Below, one piece after another: positions 19,246 through 29,392 of a DNA stretch of 64,000 nucleotides. The position numbers and the translations under genes are program-made. Numbering within the stretch: the first letter of the stretch is position 1; every line of letters starts with the position of its first letter. The notes below the pieces were generated by a model. It was not told the DNA's origin and ran no database searches. It saw only the letters and a program-made list of their open reading frames with translations. This DNA is from Roseibacillus sp. (lineage in GTDB: Bacteria; Verrucomicrobiota; Verrucomicrobiia; Verrucomicrobiales; Akkermansiaceae): contig JBPOGI010000003.1 of NCBI GenBank assembly GCA_051251855.1, forward strand, positions 160,001 through 224,000, read 5' to 3'.

Positions 19246-22200
19246 TTAGACTTCAGCTTCTTTCAACCACCGGAAGGAAACCTGTTTGTATCGGCGACCG
19301 AAACGTCGGTTCACTTTGGACTCGGTCTCGGCTGAGTGGGGATTGAGCTGAGCCGCATCAGCATTATCGACGAATTCTGCTTGGCGCTGGACGACGACCT
19401 CGCACCAAGCTTGTGCGACAATGGCACCAGACTTGTCTCGAGAGTCACCATAGGCACGAATCGTGAAGGTGTCGTCTCGTGCTGAGATGATTGGCGCAAG
19501 AGAGCGAAGAATGTCCGCTTGACGAACCCAACCTGGCACTCCGAAGTTAGTTGAGCCGAAGGCTGCCTCGGGGAACTTGTAGTCGGTGATGCCTGGGGGA
19601 GTGGTGTCGATTTGTTCACCCTCTTCAATCAAGCGGAGAAAGGGGTTTCGCTCGCTGCTACTGTTCTCGGCAATGGTGTCGAGAGCTCGCTGAATGGTGC
19701 CAGCAAGGGCTAAGTCTTTATCTGAAGAAAGCTGCCGATTTACAAATTCGGAGAGAGAGAGAAAAGGTCCTCGCTTCCGAACTTGTGCCACGATCTCCTC
19801 TGCGAGCGCGTCAATTTGGCTATCGCTCATGGCTGGATAGCCTCCCCCTAAGATAGCAACCTCATTGTCCGAGCTAGCGATGATAGAAGTGCTGTCAGTA
19901 GCGAGGTCGCCGGCAACTGTTGTTCTGGGAAATGCCGTTCCGTCGGCCACGTCGGTGTCTACCGCTCCTTGGTCACTGTAGTAGGGGACTTCTAGGTCAC
20001 GGTTGCGTCGGAGCGTCGCTCGCCAAGCATCAACCGATACTGAATTGATATTGAACATGCCTTCGACTTCCAGAAGGGCAGCCACGGACTGGAAGGGAAG
20101 TAGTCCAGTGTCGTCGTCACTACTAGAGGAGAGGTAGCTCGTGGTGAGCTCTGCTGTATCTTGTTCACGAGCTAAATTGCTGGGGCGATAGAACCAGTTA
20201 GGAAGGTCGTCTTGGCCTTCTAGGAAGGAGCTGAAGACATCAGTAGTGGGTCGCTCTTCTTGCTTTGAGAAATTTTCCAAATCTGGTCCAATAGAGGACA
20301 TGAACCAGTCGTCGAAGAGGGCATGGTTGAGAAGGTAGGAATCGTCGTTAGAGAGACCAGCAAAGTCCCCCCGCGTGTCGATGGAGAGCTGGTCCGGTGC
20401 AAAAATTGGGTGAGCGGAAGAGTTCCCGATGAGGTTGAACTGAAAGGGAGGCATTTGATTGTTGTTCCGAACATCGAAGTGCTGCAAATCAGCTAGGCTT
20501 TGCAATGGTCGTGTAGGTAGTTCCGCTACGATTGCCCGGGTCATCCCGTTGTCGGAATAATTTCCTGTAACCATGAAGCCTCGATTGGAGCTATCGGTAT
20601 CAAGGGATACCAAGGTGTCGTTCCATCCAGAGGCTTCGGAAATAATGAAATCATAGGGTGCGTTGATGGTGTGGTAAGCTCCTGATTCGGCTAGATTGAC
20701 GATTGCATTGCCATCGTTCCCTGTTCCGAGCTCGGCGTAATGTTGGAGAGGGTTGGCCTGCAGCATGCCTTTGGTGCGAGTGTTTTTGAACCGAGTGTCA
20801 TCATTGGGAGGAGGGCAGGCAAAGCGGAGGCCAATATTCGCCGTTGCGAAGGGTCGAGCGTTCGATCGAGTCACGTCTCCAAGCCGGACTGCGCGTGGGA
20901 GTTCGATTGGGGGATAAATCTCGTCAATGACGCCTTGTCCTCCGAATTCATCCACCTCGTAGGCCATGACGATAATGTTGCCCCCGCTGGCGGCGTTGCT
21001 ACTGGCTGAGAATCGTATTCCAATACCATCAGAGTTGCCTGTTCCCTCTTGGCCTTTGGCCGCAAACCGAATGTTAGAGATGGTGAAGAGGTCGTTGCTT
21101 GAGGCTACAATGGGAATGGCTTCACCAGTTTCGTTATCTCCATCGCGGTCGTTAGTGTCAGGGAAATTCACAAAAAGCGCTCCCCCTCCGGCAGGCTCAT
21201 ATCCTTCTGAGAGGGTGAGGGCTTGTCCTCCACTGTTGGCGATTGGGACTCTCCCCCTCATGCTATAAACTTTGTTTTCGCCGGGTGCAAGAGAGATGGC
21301 GGGAAGCTTTAGGTTCAATCCACCGTTCTGCTTTTTGTAATTAACGATTTGGTTGAGCTGGATATCGGAATAGGTTTCAGTTCCGACCCTGAAGCTCATT
21401 TTGATGGGAAACACTCTCTGAACGGCTACGTTGTAGCTACTCAGGGAAATCGCTACGTTGTAAGGATTCCAAACCGTGACAACGGGTGTTAACACGATTG
21501 CTGGGTTATATTCGCCTCTATTTTCACCTTCTTGTGAACCTTGGGAAAGAACCCACCGAATTCGGGTCACTTGGGGGTGCAACCGAATTTGCTCTTGAAA
21601 ATTATATCGCTCCGAAGCTGATGTCCCTCCGACCTTGTATGACTGTGGTCGCATGGTGACGGAACGTGGAGAACTCGAAATCAAGTTGTCATAGTAGGTC
21701 ATGTAGTTGACCAGTGCGGACCAAGCGCAGATTGGGGGGGTCTTACTCCAAGCGCTCCCTTTATCGTTGCCTGGTAGGTAGTCTGCCCAGTGATAGAGCA
21801 ACGCATTGGAAGTTTGTCGCCTTGATGTTACCCGTGTGAAATCGAGAGATTCACCGGGAAGGTGCGAGAAGAGTGGAAGACGGCTGCTTGGCAAACGATC
21901 ATAATACTCGGAAAATAAGGAGAGGTCCTTTCTCCATCCGCCAGTAGCAACGTTGGTGAGGAGTCCTTTGTTGTAAGTTGTTCGATGGTAGAAATCATCT
22001 CCAGAAGGAGTGGTGTTGTTGAGAAGCTTTAACGTGTTGCGAGAAGGAAGGATGGCATCGTTGGCCGTCATTTCATCCAGTTCGGCGAGCCCAAAGACCT
22101 CGGGGTCTGGAAGGCGGTTCCCTCGAAGTTGTTCCTGCCAATCGGAGGCGTCTACAGGGTTATGGTCAGGGTCTACATTGATGAGCGCTTTGCTATTGTC

Positions 22201-22836
22201 GCCTGAGGTCCACCACGAGATTCCGCCGGTGACCTCGCTATCGGCTGAAGAGATTAAGGTGGGTTCAAGATAGACTCCGTCACCGGTATCGATCGTTCCG
22301 TTGGAGACGAGCTTGACTTGGTTTCCTCCCGGGCTGGTGGAACTCTTGGGGACCTCAGAGACGTTAGGTGCTGCCCCATAAGAGGTTGAGGTCAAGTAGC
22401 CGAGGAATCGTCCCGAACCTTCCTCTCCGAGAGCTTCGCTGGCATCTCCCGATTCTGTTTTGCTGTCGTAGTCGGGAGCAATTGGCTTCCCGTCGCTGCC
22501 ATTATTGGTTCCTTCCCAGCTCCGCCAAACCCCAGCAACATCGATATTAGAAGCGTCGATGAGCTTTGCGCTAGCTGTGATGCGGGTGTCCAATCCGCTC
22601 AGGCCTTGGAGCTGTGAAATAGCCAGTTGGGCCGCGAGACGGGCGTTATTTCTTGCCTCTGTTTGAGCGTTGGTTGAGGTCGAGGCTCGTAGGGTGGTGG
22701 TGGACAATGAAAGTAATCCCACTGCAATGAGCGAAAGAAGAATCATGATCGTAACCGTCACAATAAGCGAAAAACCTGCACGCTGCCCCGCGCAATTATG
22801 GGGTTGAGCTTTGGTGCGTTTGTCTTGGATTTTCAT
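19246..22836 (-). CDS. Giant PilX-like (Verru_Chthon cassette A-like) protein
   Basis: G|FSLIVTVTIMILLSLIAVGLL prepilin-like helix, EARNNARLA, GPFLSLSEFVNR, RDDTFTIRAYG..AWCE..VQR and FGRR...VSFRW. Confidence 0.75.
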   Translation of the reverse strand: MKIQDKRTKAQPHNCAGQRAGFSLIVTVTIMILLSLIAVGLLSLSTTTLRASTSTNAQTEARNNARLAAQLAISQLQGLSGLDTRITASAKLIDASNIDVAGVWRSWEGTNNGSDGKPIAPDYDSKTESGDASEALGEEGSGRFLGYLTSTSYGAAPNVSEVPKSSTSPGGNQVKLVSNGTIDTGDGVYLEPTLISSADSEVTGGISWWTSGDNSKALINVDPDHNPVDASDWQEQLRGNRLPDPEVFGLAELDEMTANDAILPSRNTLKLLNNTTPSGDDFYHRTTYNKGLLTNVATGGWRKDLSLFSEYYDRLPSSRLPLFSHLPGESLDFTRVTSRRQTSNALLYHWADYLPGNDKGSAWSKTPPICAWSALVNYMTYYDNLISSSPRSVTMRPQSYKVGGTSASERYNFQEQIRLHPQVTRIRWVLSQGSQEGENRGEYNPAIVLTPVVTVWNPYNVAISLSSYNVAVQRVFPIKMSFRVGTETYSDIQLNQIVNYKKQNGGLNLKLPAISLAPGENKVYSMRGRVPIANSGGQALTLSEGYEPAGGGALFVNFPDTNDRDGDNETGEAIPIVASSNDLFTISNIRFAAKGQEGTGNSDGIGIRFSASSNAASGGNIIVMAYEVDEFGGQGVIDEIYPPIELPRAVRLGDVTRSNARPFATANIGLRFACPPPNDDTRFKNTRTKGMLQANPLQHYAELGTGNDGNAIVNLAESGAYHTINAPYDFIISEASGWNDTLVSLDTDSSNRGFMVTGNYSDNGMTRAIVAELPTRPLQSLADLQHFDVRNNNQMPPFQFNLIGNSSAHPIFAPDQLSIDTRGDFAGLSNDDSYLLNHALFDDWFMSSIGPDLENFSKQEERPTTDVFSSFLEGQDDLPNWFYRPSNLAREQDTAELTTSYLSSSSDDDTGLLPFQSVAALLEVEGMFNINSVSVDAWRATLRRNRDLEVPYYSDQGAVDTDVADGTAFPRTTVAGDLATDSTSIIASSDNEVAILGGGYPAMSDSQIDALAEEIVAQVRKRGPFLSLSEFVNRQLSSDKDLALAGTIQRALDTIAENSSSERNPFLRLIEEGEQIDTTPPGITDYKFPEAAFGSTNFGVPGWVRQADILRSLAPIISARDDTFTIRAYGDSRDKSGAIVAQAWCEVVVQRQAEFVDNADAAQLNPHSAETESKVNRRFGRRYKQVSFRWLKEAEV

Positions 22837-23208
22837 GGGGTCCGATTTGTTGTAAAGAAATGAGATCTTTGCTTGTTTAAGGTGGTGAGAGCGGAAGAGG
22901 TCACGGGGTCGGCTTCGGGTGGGAGTAGCCTGTTCTCTCTAAGCGGTTACCATGTCCATACATGAAACATACATTTTTTAGGTCTTCGAGCAAGGTTTTT
23001 TTAGTTGATTTGGGAGGTTTTTGGGGTTTCGAACGGCTTACGAAGAAGGCATTGGGTGGCCTGATGGGGGAGAAGCTGCCATTTGGGGCTCCGATCCAGT
23101 GTCGCAGGGCGGACTCGATGATAAAGCGAGTCGGAGAGCTGCTCCCGCAAGGGTTCCGTTCGAGTTGCTCTTTAACTGAAATTGGGGGAAGGGCGGGGGG
23201 AATCGAGG

Positions 23209-24897
23209 CTATTTCGAGGAGTTTTTCTGTTTCTTCCAAGAATTGAAGGGAACCACGCCGCGCTCCTGGGCCCATTCCTCGTATTGGGCCGCCATGATTT
23301 TGGTTCGTTCGGGGAGTTCTTCTGCCCGATTGTTCATCTCGGTGCGGTCGTCGATGATGTTGTAGAGCTCCCATTTGCTCTTCACGCCTTTGGCGACAAG
23401 CTTCCATTCGCCATCACGAACAGCGCGATTGCCTTCATGTTCCCAGAAAAGGGGTTGAGGGCGGAGGAGGCTCTTACCAGCGAAGGCGGGGGTGAGAGGG
23501 ACGCCTTCGACGGGGATTTTGTCCTTAGGGTAGTCCGCTTTGGCGAGATCGAGACAGGTCGCCATAAAGTCGATGAGATGGGATGGTTCGTTGCACCAAG
23601 TGTTCGTTTTTTTGATGCCTTGGGGCCAGTGGGCGATGAGGGGGGTGGCGATGCCGCCTTCGTGCACCCAATGTTTATACTCACGGAAGGGAGTATTGGA
23701 GACGTTGGCCCAATTTTTGCCGTAGCCAACTTGAGTCTCGGGCGGACCTGGCATCACACCTGTGCCTCGGCGAAGTGGGAAACCCTCGCGAGACTGTTTG
23801 GGGACCATATCCGGTTGGAGTTCGTCGCGGCCCATGGGTTTGAGGGTAGGTGTTTTGGGCCGCTCGAGGGGGCCTTCCAACTTTCCGCGCCCGAAGGTCT
23901 CAGCGCAGCCGCCATTGTCTTGCAGAAAAAGGATGAGGGTGTTGTTGAGCTGTCCGTTTTTTTCCAAAGTCTCGATGATGCGGCCGATTCCCTGATCCAT
24001 ATTGTCCACCATCGCGGCGTAGACTTCCATGCAGGCGGATTCCCATTCTTTGTTTTTGACCTTTGACCAGGTTCCAACGGGGCCCGGAATTTTCCAGTTG
24101 GGGTCGATAAGCCCAAGCTTCTTCATTTTTTTGAGCCGAGCTTCATAGATGGGGGTGTAGCCTTGGTCGTATTTGCCCTTATACTTAGCGATATCCTCGG
24201 GGAGGGCATGCATGGGCCAATGGGCGGCGGTGTAGGCGATATATTGGAAAAAGGGTTCTCCCGGGCTTTCTTTGAAGTGCTCCTCCAAAAACATCACTGC
24301 ATTGTCGGAGATGGCGTCGGTGTAATACCAAGTGCCCTCCGGCTGATAGACGGGGTCGTTTTCGGGGGTGATGTAGGTGTTTTCTCTAGTGAGTGAATTG
24401 GGGTCGAAAAAGGAGCCCGCGCCGTGGATGGTACCGTAGAACTTCTCGAAGCCTCGTTGCAGGGGCCAATTGTGTTGAGGGCCGTCTGGTCCCTTGTCGG
24501 GGGTGACGTGCCACTTTCCGCTCATGGACGTACGGTAGCCTGCGGGACGAAGGGCTTCCGCGATGGTGAGGCATTCGTCATTAAGAAATCCCTGATACTG
24601 GGGCAGCCCGTAGTTGGCCATCATGTGGCCAATCCCAGCTTGATGAGGATAGAGGCCCGTGAGCAAAGAAGCGCGCGTGGGACAGCAGCGTCCGGTATTG
24701 TAGAATTGACTAAAGCGCAGTCCGCCGATGGCGAGTCGATCTAGGTTGGGGCTCTCAATCTCGCCGCCATAGCAACCCAAGTCCGAGAATCCCATGTCGT
24801 CCGACATGATGAGGATGATATTCGGCCGCTTCTCTTGACCAGAAACGGCCGCTACGAAAGCGAGAGATAAGATGCTGAGCAGAGAGCCAATGCGCAT
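23209..24897 (-). CDS. Arylsulfatase (formylglycine-dependent), secreted
   Basis: PNIILIMSDDMG, CCPTRASLLTG and GKWH motifs. Confidence 0.93.
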   Translation of the reverse strand: MRIGSLLSILSLAFVAAVSGQEKRPNIILIMSDDMGFSDLGCYGGEIESPNLDRLAIGGLRFSQFYNTGRCCPTRASLLTGLYPHQAGIGHMMANYGLPQYQGFLNDECLTIAEALRPAGYRTSMSGKWHVTPDKGPDGPQHNWPLQRGFEKFYGTIHGAGSFFDPNSLTRENTYITPENDPVYQPEGTWYYTDAISDNAVMFLEEHFKESPGEPFFQYIAYTAAHWPMHALPEDIAKYKGKYDQGYTPIYEARLKKMKKLGLIDPNWKIPGPVGTWSKVKNKEWESACMEVYAAMVDNMDQGIGRIIETLEKNGQLNNTLILFLQDNGGCAETFGRGKLEGPLERPKTPTLKPMGRDELQPDMVPKQSREGFPLRRGTGVMPGPPETQVGYGKNWANVSNTPFREYKHWVHEGGIATPLIAHWPQGIKKTNTWCNEPSHLIDFMATCLDLAKADYPKDKIPVEGVPLTPAFAGKSLLRPQPLFWEHEGNRAVRDGEWKLVAKGVKSKWELYNIIDDRTEMNNRAEELPERTKIMAAQYEEWAQERGVVPFNSWKKQKNSSK

Positions 24898-24918
24898 CTA
24901 ACCACTACGCGCCACGGA

Positions 24919-25785
24919 CTATTCTTTGTCACTCTTCTTTCTCAACGAAAGGAGCTCGACCATCCCTTTGCGGTTTTCAGCGGCGAGTTCAGCTTTGCCG
25001 TTTTTGACTCCGCCACGGGCTTCGAAAAGGAAGCTCTTATCGTAGCCAATCTTGTCGAGAGTGGCGGCCAAGCGAGGGAGGTCGGTCTTGTCTTTGCCAA
25101 AGTGAATGTTGCCCTCGGGCTTGATGTGAATTTCGCAAATGAGGTCGTTGCCCATCTCTTCGATGGCAGCGTAGATGTCTTCGCCGGCGCGCATCATGTT
25201 GCCGGTGTCGTAATACATGCGGAGTTCTTTGGGATTGCCGAGGCGCTCGAAGAGTTCCAATACGCGCTTATAGGGAATGGGGGACTCGATACCGATGGTG
25301 ACACCGTGCTGGCGGGCGAGGGGGAGAATTTCTTCGGTGAATTTTGCCACCCCCGCAATCTTCTCTTCGCCCTTGGTGAAGTTGGAGGGACCGAAAAAGG
25401 GAAAAAGGAGAACGTCGCATCCCAGTGCTTCGCAGGCGGCGAGGGACTGCTTCATAATGGCCAGCGCCTCTTCGCGTGGCTTGCCTTCTTTCCAAATCAC
25501 AAGTCGGTTGAGGCTACCGGCGCAGAGAGAAACGATGTCGATACCGTGTTCCTTTGAGGCGGCGAGGAACTGTTCTTGCAACTCGGGATCGGAGAGGGTG
25601 AGGACGTTTTCTTTGTTGAGGCTTCCGGTGTGCAGCTGGACTCCTTGATATCCGGCTTCTTTGGCGAGGGCCACGCTCTCGACCTTGGTGCGATAGCCGA
25701 AGGCCGTTTCCATCACCGCAAGGCTGGGTTCGGAGAAAGCGGGAAGAGCGAGGGCTAAGAGGAGGGAGGTGATGATGCGCTTCAT
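24919..25785 (-). CDS. Sugar phosphate isomerase/epimerase (xylose isomerase-like TIM barrel) with signal peptide
   Basis: GIES, YYDTGN, EIHIK and FE metal-site motifs. Start at MKRIITS. Confidence 0.8.
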   Translation of the reverse strand: MKRIITSLLLALALPAFSEPSLAVMETAFGYRTKVESVALAKEAGYQGVQLHTGSLNKENVLTLSDPELQEQFLAASKEHGIDIVSLCAGSLNRLVIWKEGKPREEALAIMKQSLAACEALGCDVLLFPFFGPSNFTKGEEKIAGVAKFTEEILPLARQHGVTIGIESPIPYKRVLELFERLGNPKELRMYYDTGNMMRAGEDIYAAIEEMGNDLICEIHIKPEGNIHFGKDKTDLPRLAATLDKIGYDKSFLFEARGGVKNGKAELAAENRKGMVELLSLRKKSDKE

Positions 25786-25810
25786 AGAGAAAGTGTTCTC
25801 CTGTAGACGA

Positions 25811-26770
25811 CTATGCGGAAGTAGATTTTTCAAGATTTGTGATGGCGGTGGAAAAAAGAGAATGTTGAAACTGGAAGCCTTCGGCGAGGAGGCGTTCGGG
25901 TTCGACACGGCGGCTCTTCACGATGAGCTCGGTCTCTGTTCGTAGGAAAAAGGCCCCGAGCTCGAGCATCCACCGAGGAGATGGTAAGCCCAATTTGACC
26001 CCGAGGGCTTTGCGCAAAGTCACCATCATTTCGCGGTTGGGCAGAGGATGGGGGGCAGTGAGATTGTAGATTCCCTTCTTGGTTTCGTCGTCGATGAGCC
26101 ACTCGATAATACGGAAAAAATCATCAGCATGGAGCCACGAAACAAATTGGCGCCCATGGCTCATGGTGCCGCCGAGGCCCATGTGAACGAGCTTGCGCAT
26201 CATTTCATGCACCCCGCCTGGCTCGTTGCCGAAGACCATGGCGGTTCTCAGGACGAGGCCTCGAGTTCGCGCGAGGTCGTTGTCTTGGTAAGCTTTCGCG
26301 AAAGCGTCCTCCCATGCATGGGCCACTTCCACCGAGTAGGCGTCTTTCGCTTCTTTGCTGGCACCATAGAGGCCGGTCGACTCCGTATTGGGGGCATCGT
26401 AGCGATGACGATAGATGGTGGCGGTGCTGGAATTGAGCCAGACTGCAGGTGGATTTTTACAGGCGGCAATGGCTTGGCCGAGAATGAGGGTCGAATCTAC
26501 GCGCGAGTCCATGATGGTGTTGCGGTTCTTTTGATTGTAGCGACAGTCGACCGAACGTCCGGCGAGGTTGATGACCGCTTCGGCTCCCTCTAACTGCTCA
26601 GACCAGTCACCTAAACTTTTACCATCCCAGAGCACGACTTCCGCTCCTTCGATGAGCACGGATTTGCGGCTCAGGATAATGACTCTCCAACCTTGGTGGG
26701 TGAACCGCTTCGTGAGAGTGCGTCCCAAAAATCCGCTACCTCCGGGAATGATGACTGTTCGAATACTCAT
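25811..26770 (-). CDS. TIGR01777-type NAD(P)-dependent epimerase/oxidoreductase
   Basis: GGSGFLG, INLAG, SRVDST, GRQFVSWLH and SRRVEPERL motifs. Confidence 0.88.
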   Translation of the reverse strand: MSIRTVIIPGGSGFLGRTLTKRFTHQGWRVIILSRKSVLIEGAEVVLWDGKSLGDWSEQLEGAEAVINLAGRSVDCRYNQKNRNTIMDSRVDSTLILGQAIAACKNPPAVWLNSSTATIYRHRYDAPNTESTGLYGASKEAKDAYSVEVAHAWEDAFAKAYQDNDLARTRGLVLRTAMVFGNEPGGVHEMMRKLVHMGLGGTMSHGRQFVSWLHADDFFRIIEWLIDDETKKGIYNLTAPHPLPNREMMVTLRKALGVKLGLPSPRWMLELGAFFLRTETELIVKSRRVEPERLLAEGFQFQHSLFSTAITNLEKSTSA

Positions 26771-26836
26771 CTCATCAACAGAAATAACGGTTGCTCCTTT
26801 CGAAATCAATCCTTTTGTTTCAGTAATTACTGAAAA

Positions 26837-27295
26837 TTAAGAATGAAAGCTCTCAGCTCTGTGTTTGATGGCGTCTAAGCGAATGTTTTGAGCGGCGTTA
26901 AGAGAGGGGTAAAGGAGCGATTTTTCGAAGGGGGCTCCCAGTGGACCAAAGGGGAGCGCGAACGAGAAAGTGTCTTCTAACAGGCAGCCCTTCGAGGTGG
27001 GAGTGAGCAAGTAGTGGTGGGAAAAATGTGCGAGGAGACCTTGATTCATTGAGTCCTGAAACTCGAAGGGGGAGCGAAAATTACTGGCCTTCATGGTGAG
27101 TCGAAAGCGACAGCCAAAGAATACGGCGGAATAGACTGTCGAGGTGCCTTCCTCTGCGAGTCCGGAGGTCTGGCCGTTCACAGCTCTCGCTTTGATGCCC
27201 GTTGCGGCTTCGAGGTGAAAGTCGATGGAGCGACAGAGGTCGAAGACCACCTCAACTGGAGCTGCGATTTCGCGTTGGTAAAGAGTGCTCGTCAC
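26837..27295 (-). CDS. SRPBCC family protein
   Basis: IAAPVEVVFDL.RSIDFH, F.D....G....F.H.H and LPFGPLG motifs; adjacent to the TIGR01777 gene. Confidence 0.8.
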   Translation of the reverse strand: MTSTLYQREIAAPVEVVFDLCRSIDFHLEAATGIKARAVNGQTSGLAEEGTSTVYSAVFFGCRFRLTMKASNFRSPFEFQDSMNQGLLAHFSHHYLLTPTSKGCLLEDTFSFALPFGPLGAPFEKSLLYPSLNAAQNIRLDAIKHRAESFHS

Positions 27296-27729
27296 TTTGC
27301 TGGGGTGGGGACGTCTTTGAAGGTCGCTTGCACGGCAGCGAGGAAGGCTTCGGCGCTTTGGTAGGATTCGTTATGGGTTTCACTGCGTCCCGCAGCGCAA
27401 GCAGCATGGGCGTGAATGAGGTGAGTAAAGGCCACCTTCCAGTCGGGGGTAGAGGATTTGGCGAGAAAAAAGTTCTTCATTTTTTCGGCGTAGTTCCAAG
27501 CCGTTTCTCCGTGGACGAGGAGGGCGTGAACTTCAGCTAGAAGCATGGTCGGTCGGGCTTGGTGAAGCGCTGGGCCGACAGTCTGCCAGTGGTAAGCGGC
27601 AGTGTGAGCAGCGTTGAGCATTTCTTGGTCTTCAATGGTAGTGCGCTTTCTCACAGCAAGATCCTAAGCGCGGTTGTTAGCTGCGACCGCGTGAAATTGA
27701 TGATTTAGGTCTTTGGGGGAATCGGACAT
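27292..27729 (-). pseudogene. Conserved hypothetical helical protein with an in-frame amber stop
   Basis: ATG 27729 overlaps the upstream TAA (TAATG). It reads MSDSPKDLNHQFHAVAANNRA*DLAVRKRT..EMLNAAHTAAYHW, with TAG at 27666-27664, probably from TGG. Confidence 0.6.
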
Positions 27730-28742
27730 TACTTGAGCATGATCTCGAGGTGGTGGGCGGTGAGGTCGCCCATGGTCTTGCAGTGAGAGAGGTCTTCTCC
27801 AGGGTAATACTTATCAAGCTCCTTGCGCAGGGTCTGGACGTGTTCCTCTGGGGATAGGGTGTCCTTCTTCATGACGGAAAGGAGAGAGCTCAGGCGGATG
27901 CGCTCAACCTTAGCGCGTCGAGCCATTTGAGCGCGCTCTTCCTCTACGTATTGCTCGATGGTTTTGCGGTTGAGGGCGCGGAAGGCGAGGCGAGTAATGG
28001 CCTTGTTAGAGTCGAAGTGATAGGAAAGGTAGGTTTTGCTTTTTCCTTCGTAGCATTGTTGATCAAAGTCGATAGGGCGGACACGGTATTGGATTTCCTC
28101 GAAGTCGGGGGTGATGTCGACGACGTAGTTGACGGAGCGCATATCACCTAACAAGCGAATGAAGCATCGTTCGTTAAACTTGGTAAATTCTTTAGCGATG
28201 CGGATTTTGTTGAGGTCCTTGCGGTCGAGATAGTCGCGGAGAAAGACGTCGCCGGGGACTCCGGCGATGTGCTCTTCGATGAGGGTGTTGCCATTGACGA
28301 GGTAGTTGAGGCGATTGGGTGAGAGAAGGTGTTCGAGCTCCAAACCGTAGACCCGTGAGGCATCGGCAGTCTTCACGTAGTAGTAGTCAGAGTTGCCGTT
28401 GAAGAGGTTCTTGATACAGACGCGGAAGGGACGGGAATTGCCAAAGGAGCCAAAGTCGATGCGATCGACGGTGAGGTGTTCGGCCATCTTGAGGTCGCCA
28501 CCGATTTTCAGAGTAGCATAGATGCCGGTGAGTTTTGGGACAAGTTCCTCCATCACTTCGGGAGGATACATCACGGTCATCCAAAGAGTTTCCTCGCCGA
28601 GAGGGTTGACGTAGCCGACCGACCCAGTGAAACGATGAAGCTCGTCGTAAACGAGTGGGATGTCCGATTGGCGGCCAAAGTGATAGAGATATTGCCGCAG
28701 GGAAGAGGAGAGAGGGTAGAGGGTCTTGCGGCGAGAAATCAT
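27729..28742 (-). CDS. Conserved hypothetical protein, possible atypical kinase fold
   Basis: Long ORF with YYVK, LLGDMRSVN and IDFD motifs. Confidence 0.7.
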   Translation of the reverse strand: MISRRKTLYPLSSSLRQYLYHFGRQSDIPLVYDELHRFTGSVGYVNPLGEETLWMTVMYPPEVMEELVPKLTGIYATLKIGGDLKMAEHLTVDRIDFGSFGNSRPFRVCIKNLFNGNSDYYYVKTADASRVYGLELEHLLSPNRLNYLVNGNTLIEEHIAGVPGDVFLRDYLDRKDLNKIRIAKEFTKFNERCFIRLLGDMRSVNYVVDITPDFEEIQYRVRPIDFDQQCYEGKSKTYLSYHFDSNKAITRLAFRALNRKTIEQYVEEERAQMARRAKVERIRLSSLLSVMKKDTLSPEEHVQTLRKELDKYYPGEDLSHCKTMGDLTAHHLEIMLK

Positions 28743-28837
28743 GTGGAGAGGTAGGGTGAATGGACGCTGCCAGTGTGGCGTAGAAATTAAGTGTTCAAAA
28801 ACTCAAAAACCAAAGTTTTACCGTAATCTAGTGGAGC

Positions 28838-29281
28838 TTAGTCCCGATGATAAGGAGTGCCGGCGTGGATGGTGGCGACGCGGTAGAGCTGTTCGGCGAG
28901 GAAGAGGGTGGCGAGTTCGTGTTGGAGGACGAGATTGGAGAGGGAAAGGACGTAGTCGGCAGCTTCGCGGGTGGCGGGGAGGTGTCCGTCAGAATGGCCG
29001 ATGAGGTAGGTGATTTCTTTGATGTCGGGCCGTTCCTTCCACGTCGTCATTTGGTCGGCAAATTGGCGGGTCGTGGGGATTTTGCCTCTTTCGTCCAAAA
29101 CGATGCGAAAGGATCCTTTGGAGGCCTCCAAAAGGCGCTGGGAGACGACTTCAGCGGGGCCATCTTTGAGGATTTCGAGAGAAAATTTCCCGTGGCGCTT
29201 GAGTCTGCGGAGATATTCCTCAATGCCGGACTTGGCGAAGGAGAGGGCGGGTTTGCCGACGACGATGATGCGATGAGTCAC
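28838..29281 (-). CDS. rlmH: 23S rRNA (pseudouridine1915-N3)-methyltransferase
   Basis: VVGK, LDERGK, IG..DG, LSLS.L...H and EQLYR......PYHR motifs. Confidence 0.92.
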   Translation of the reverse strand: MTHRIIVVGKPALSFAKSGIEEYLRRLKRHGKFSLEILKDGPAEVVSQRLLEASKGSFRIVLDERGKIPTTRQFADQMTTWKERPDIKEITYLIGHSDGHLPATREAADYVLSLSNLVLQHELATLFLAEQLYRVATIHAGTPYHRD

Positions 29282-29392
29282 TTATGTGGAGAGTGCCGTC
29301 AAATTTCCCCCTTTCCAAGAGTAAGGTTGAGTCGCTAGAGTTTGCGACTCTCAGCGTCAGCTCGTTGGGAGCAAGTAACACAGAACACACTT

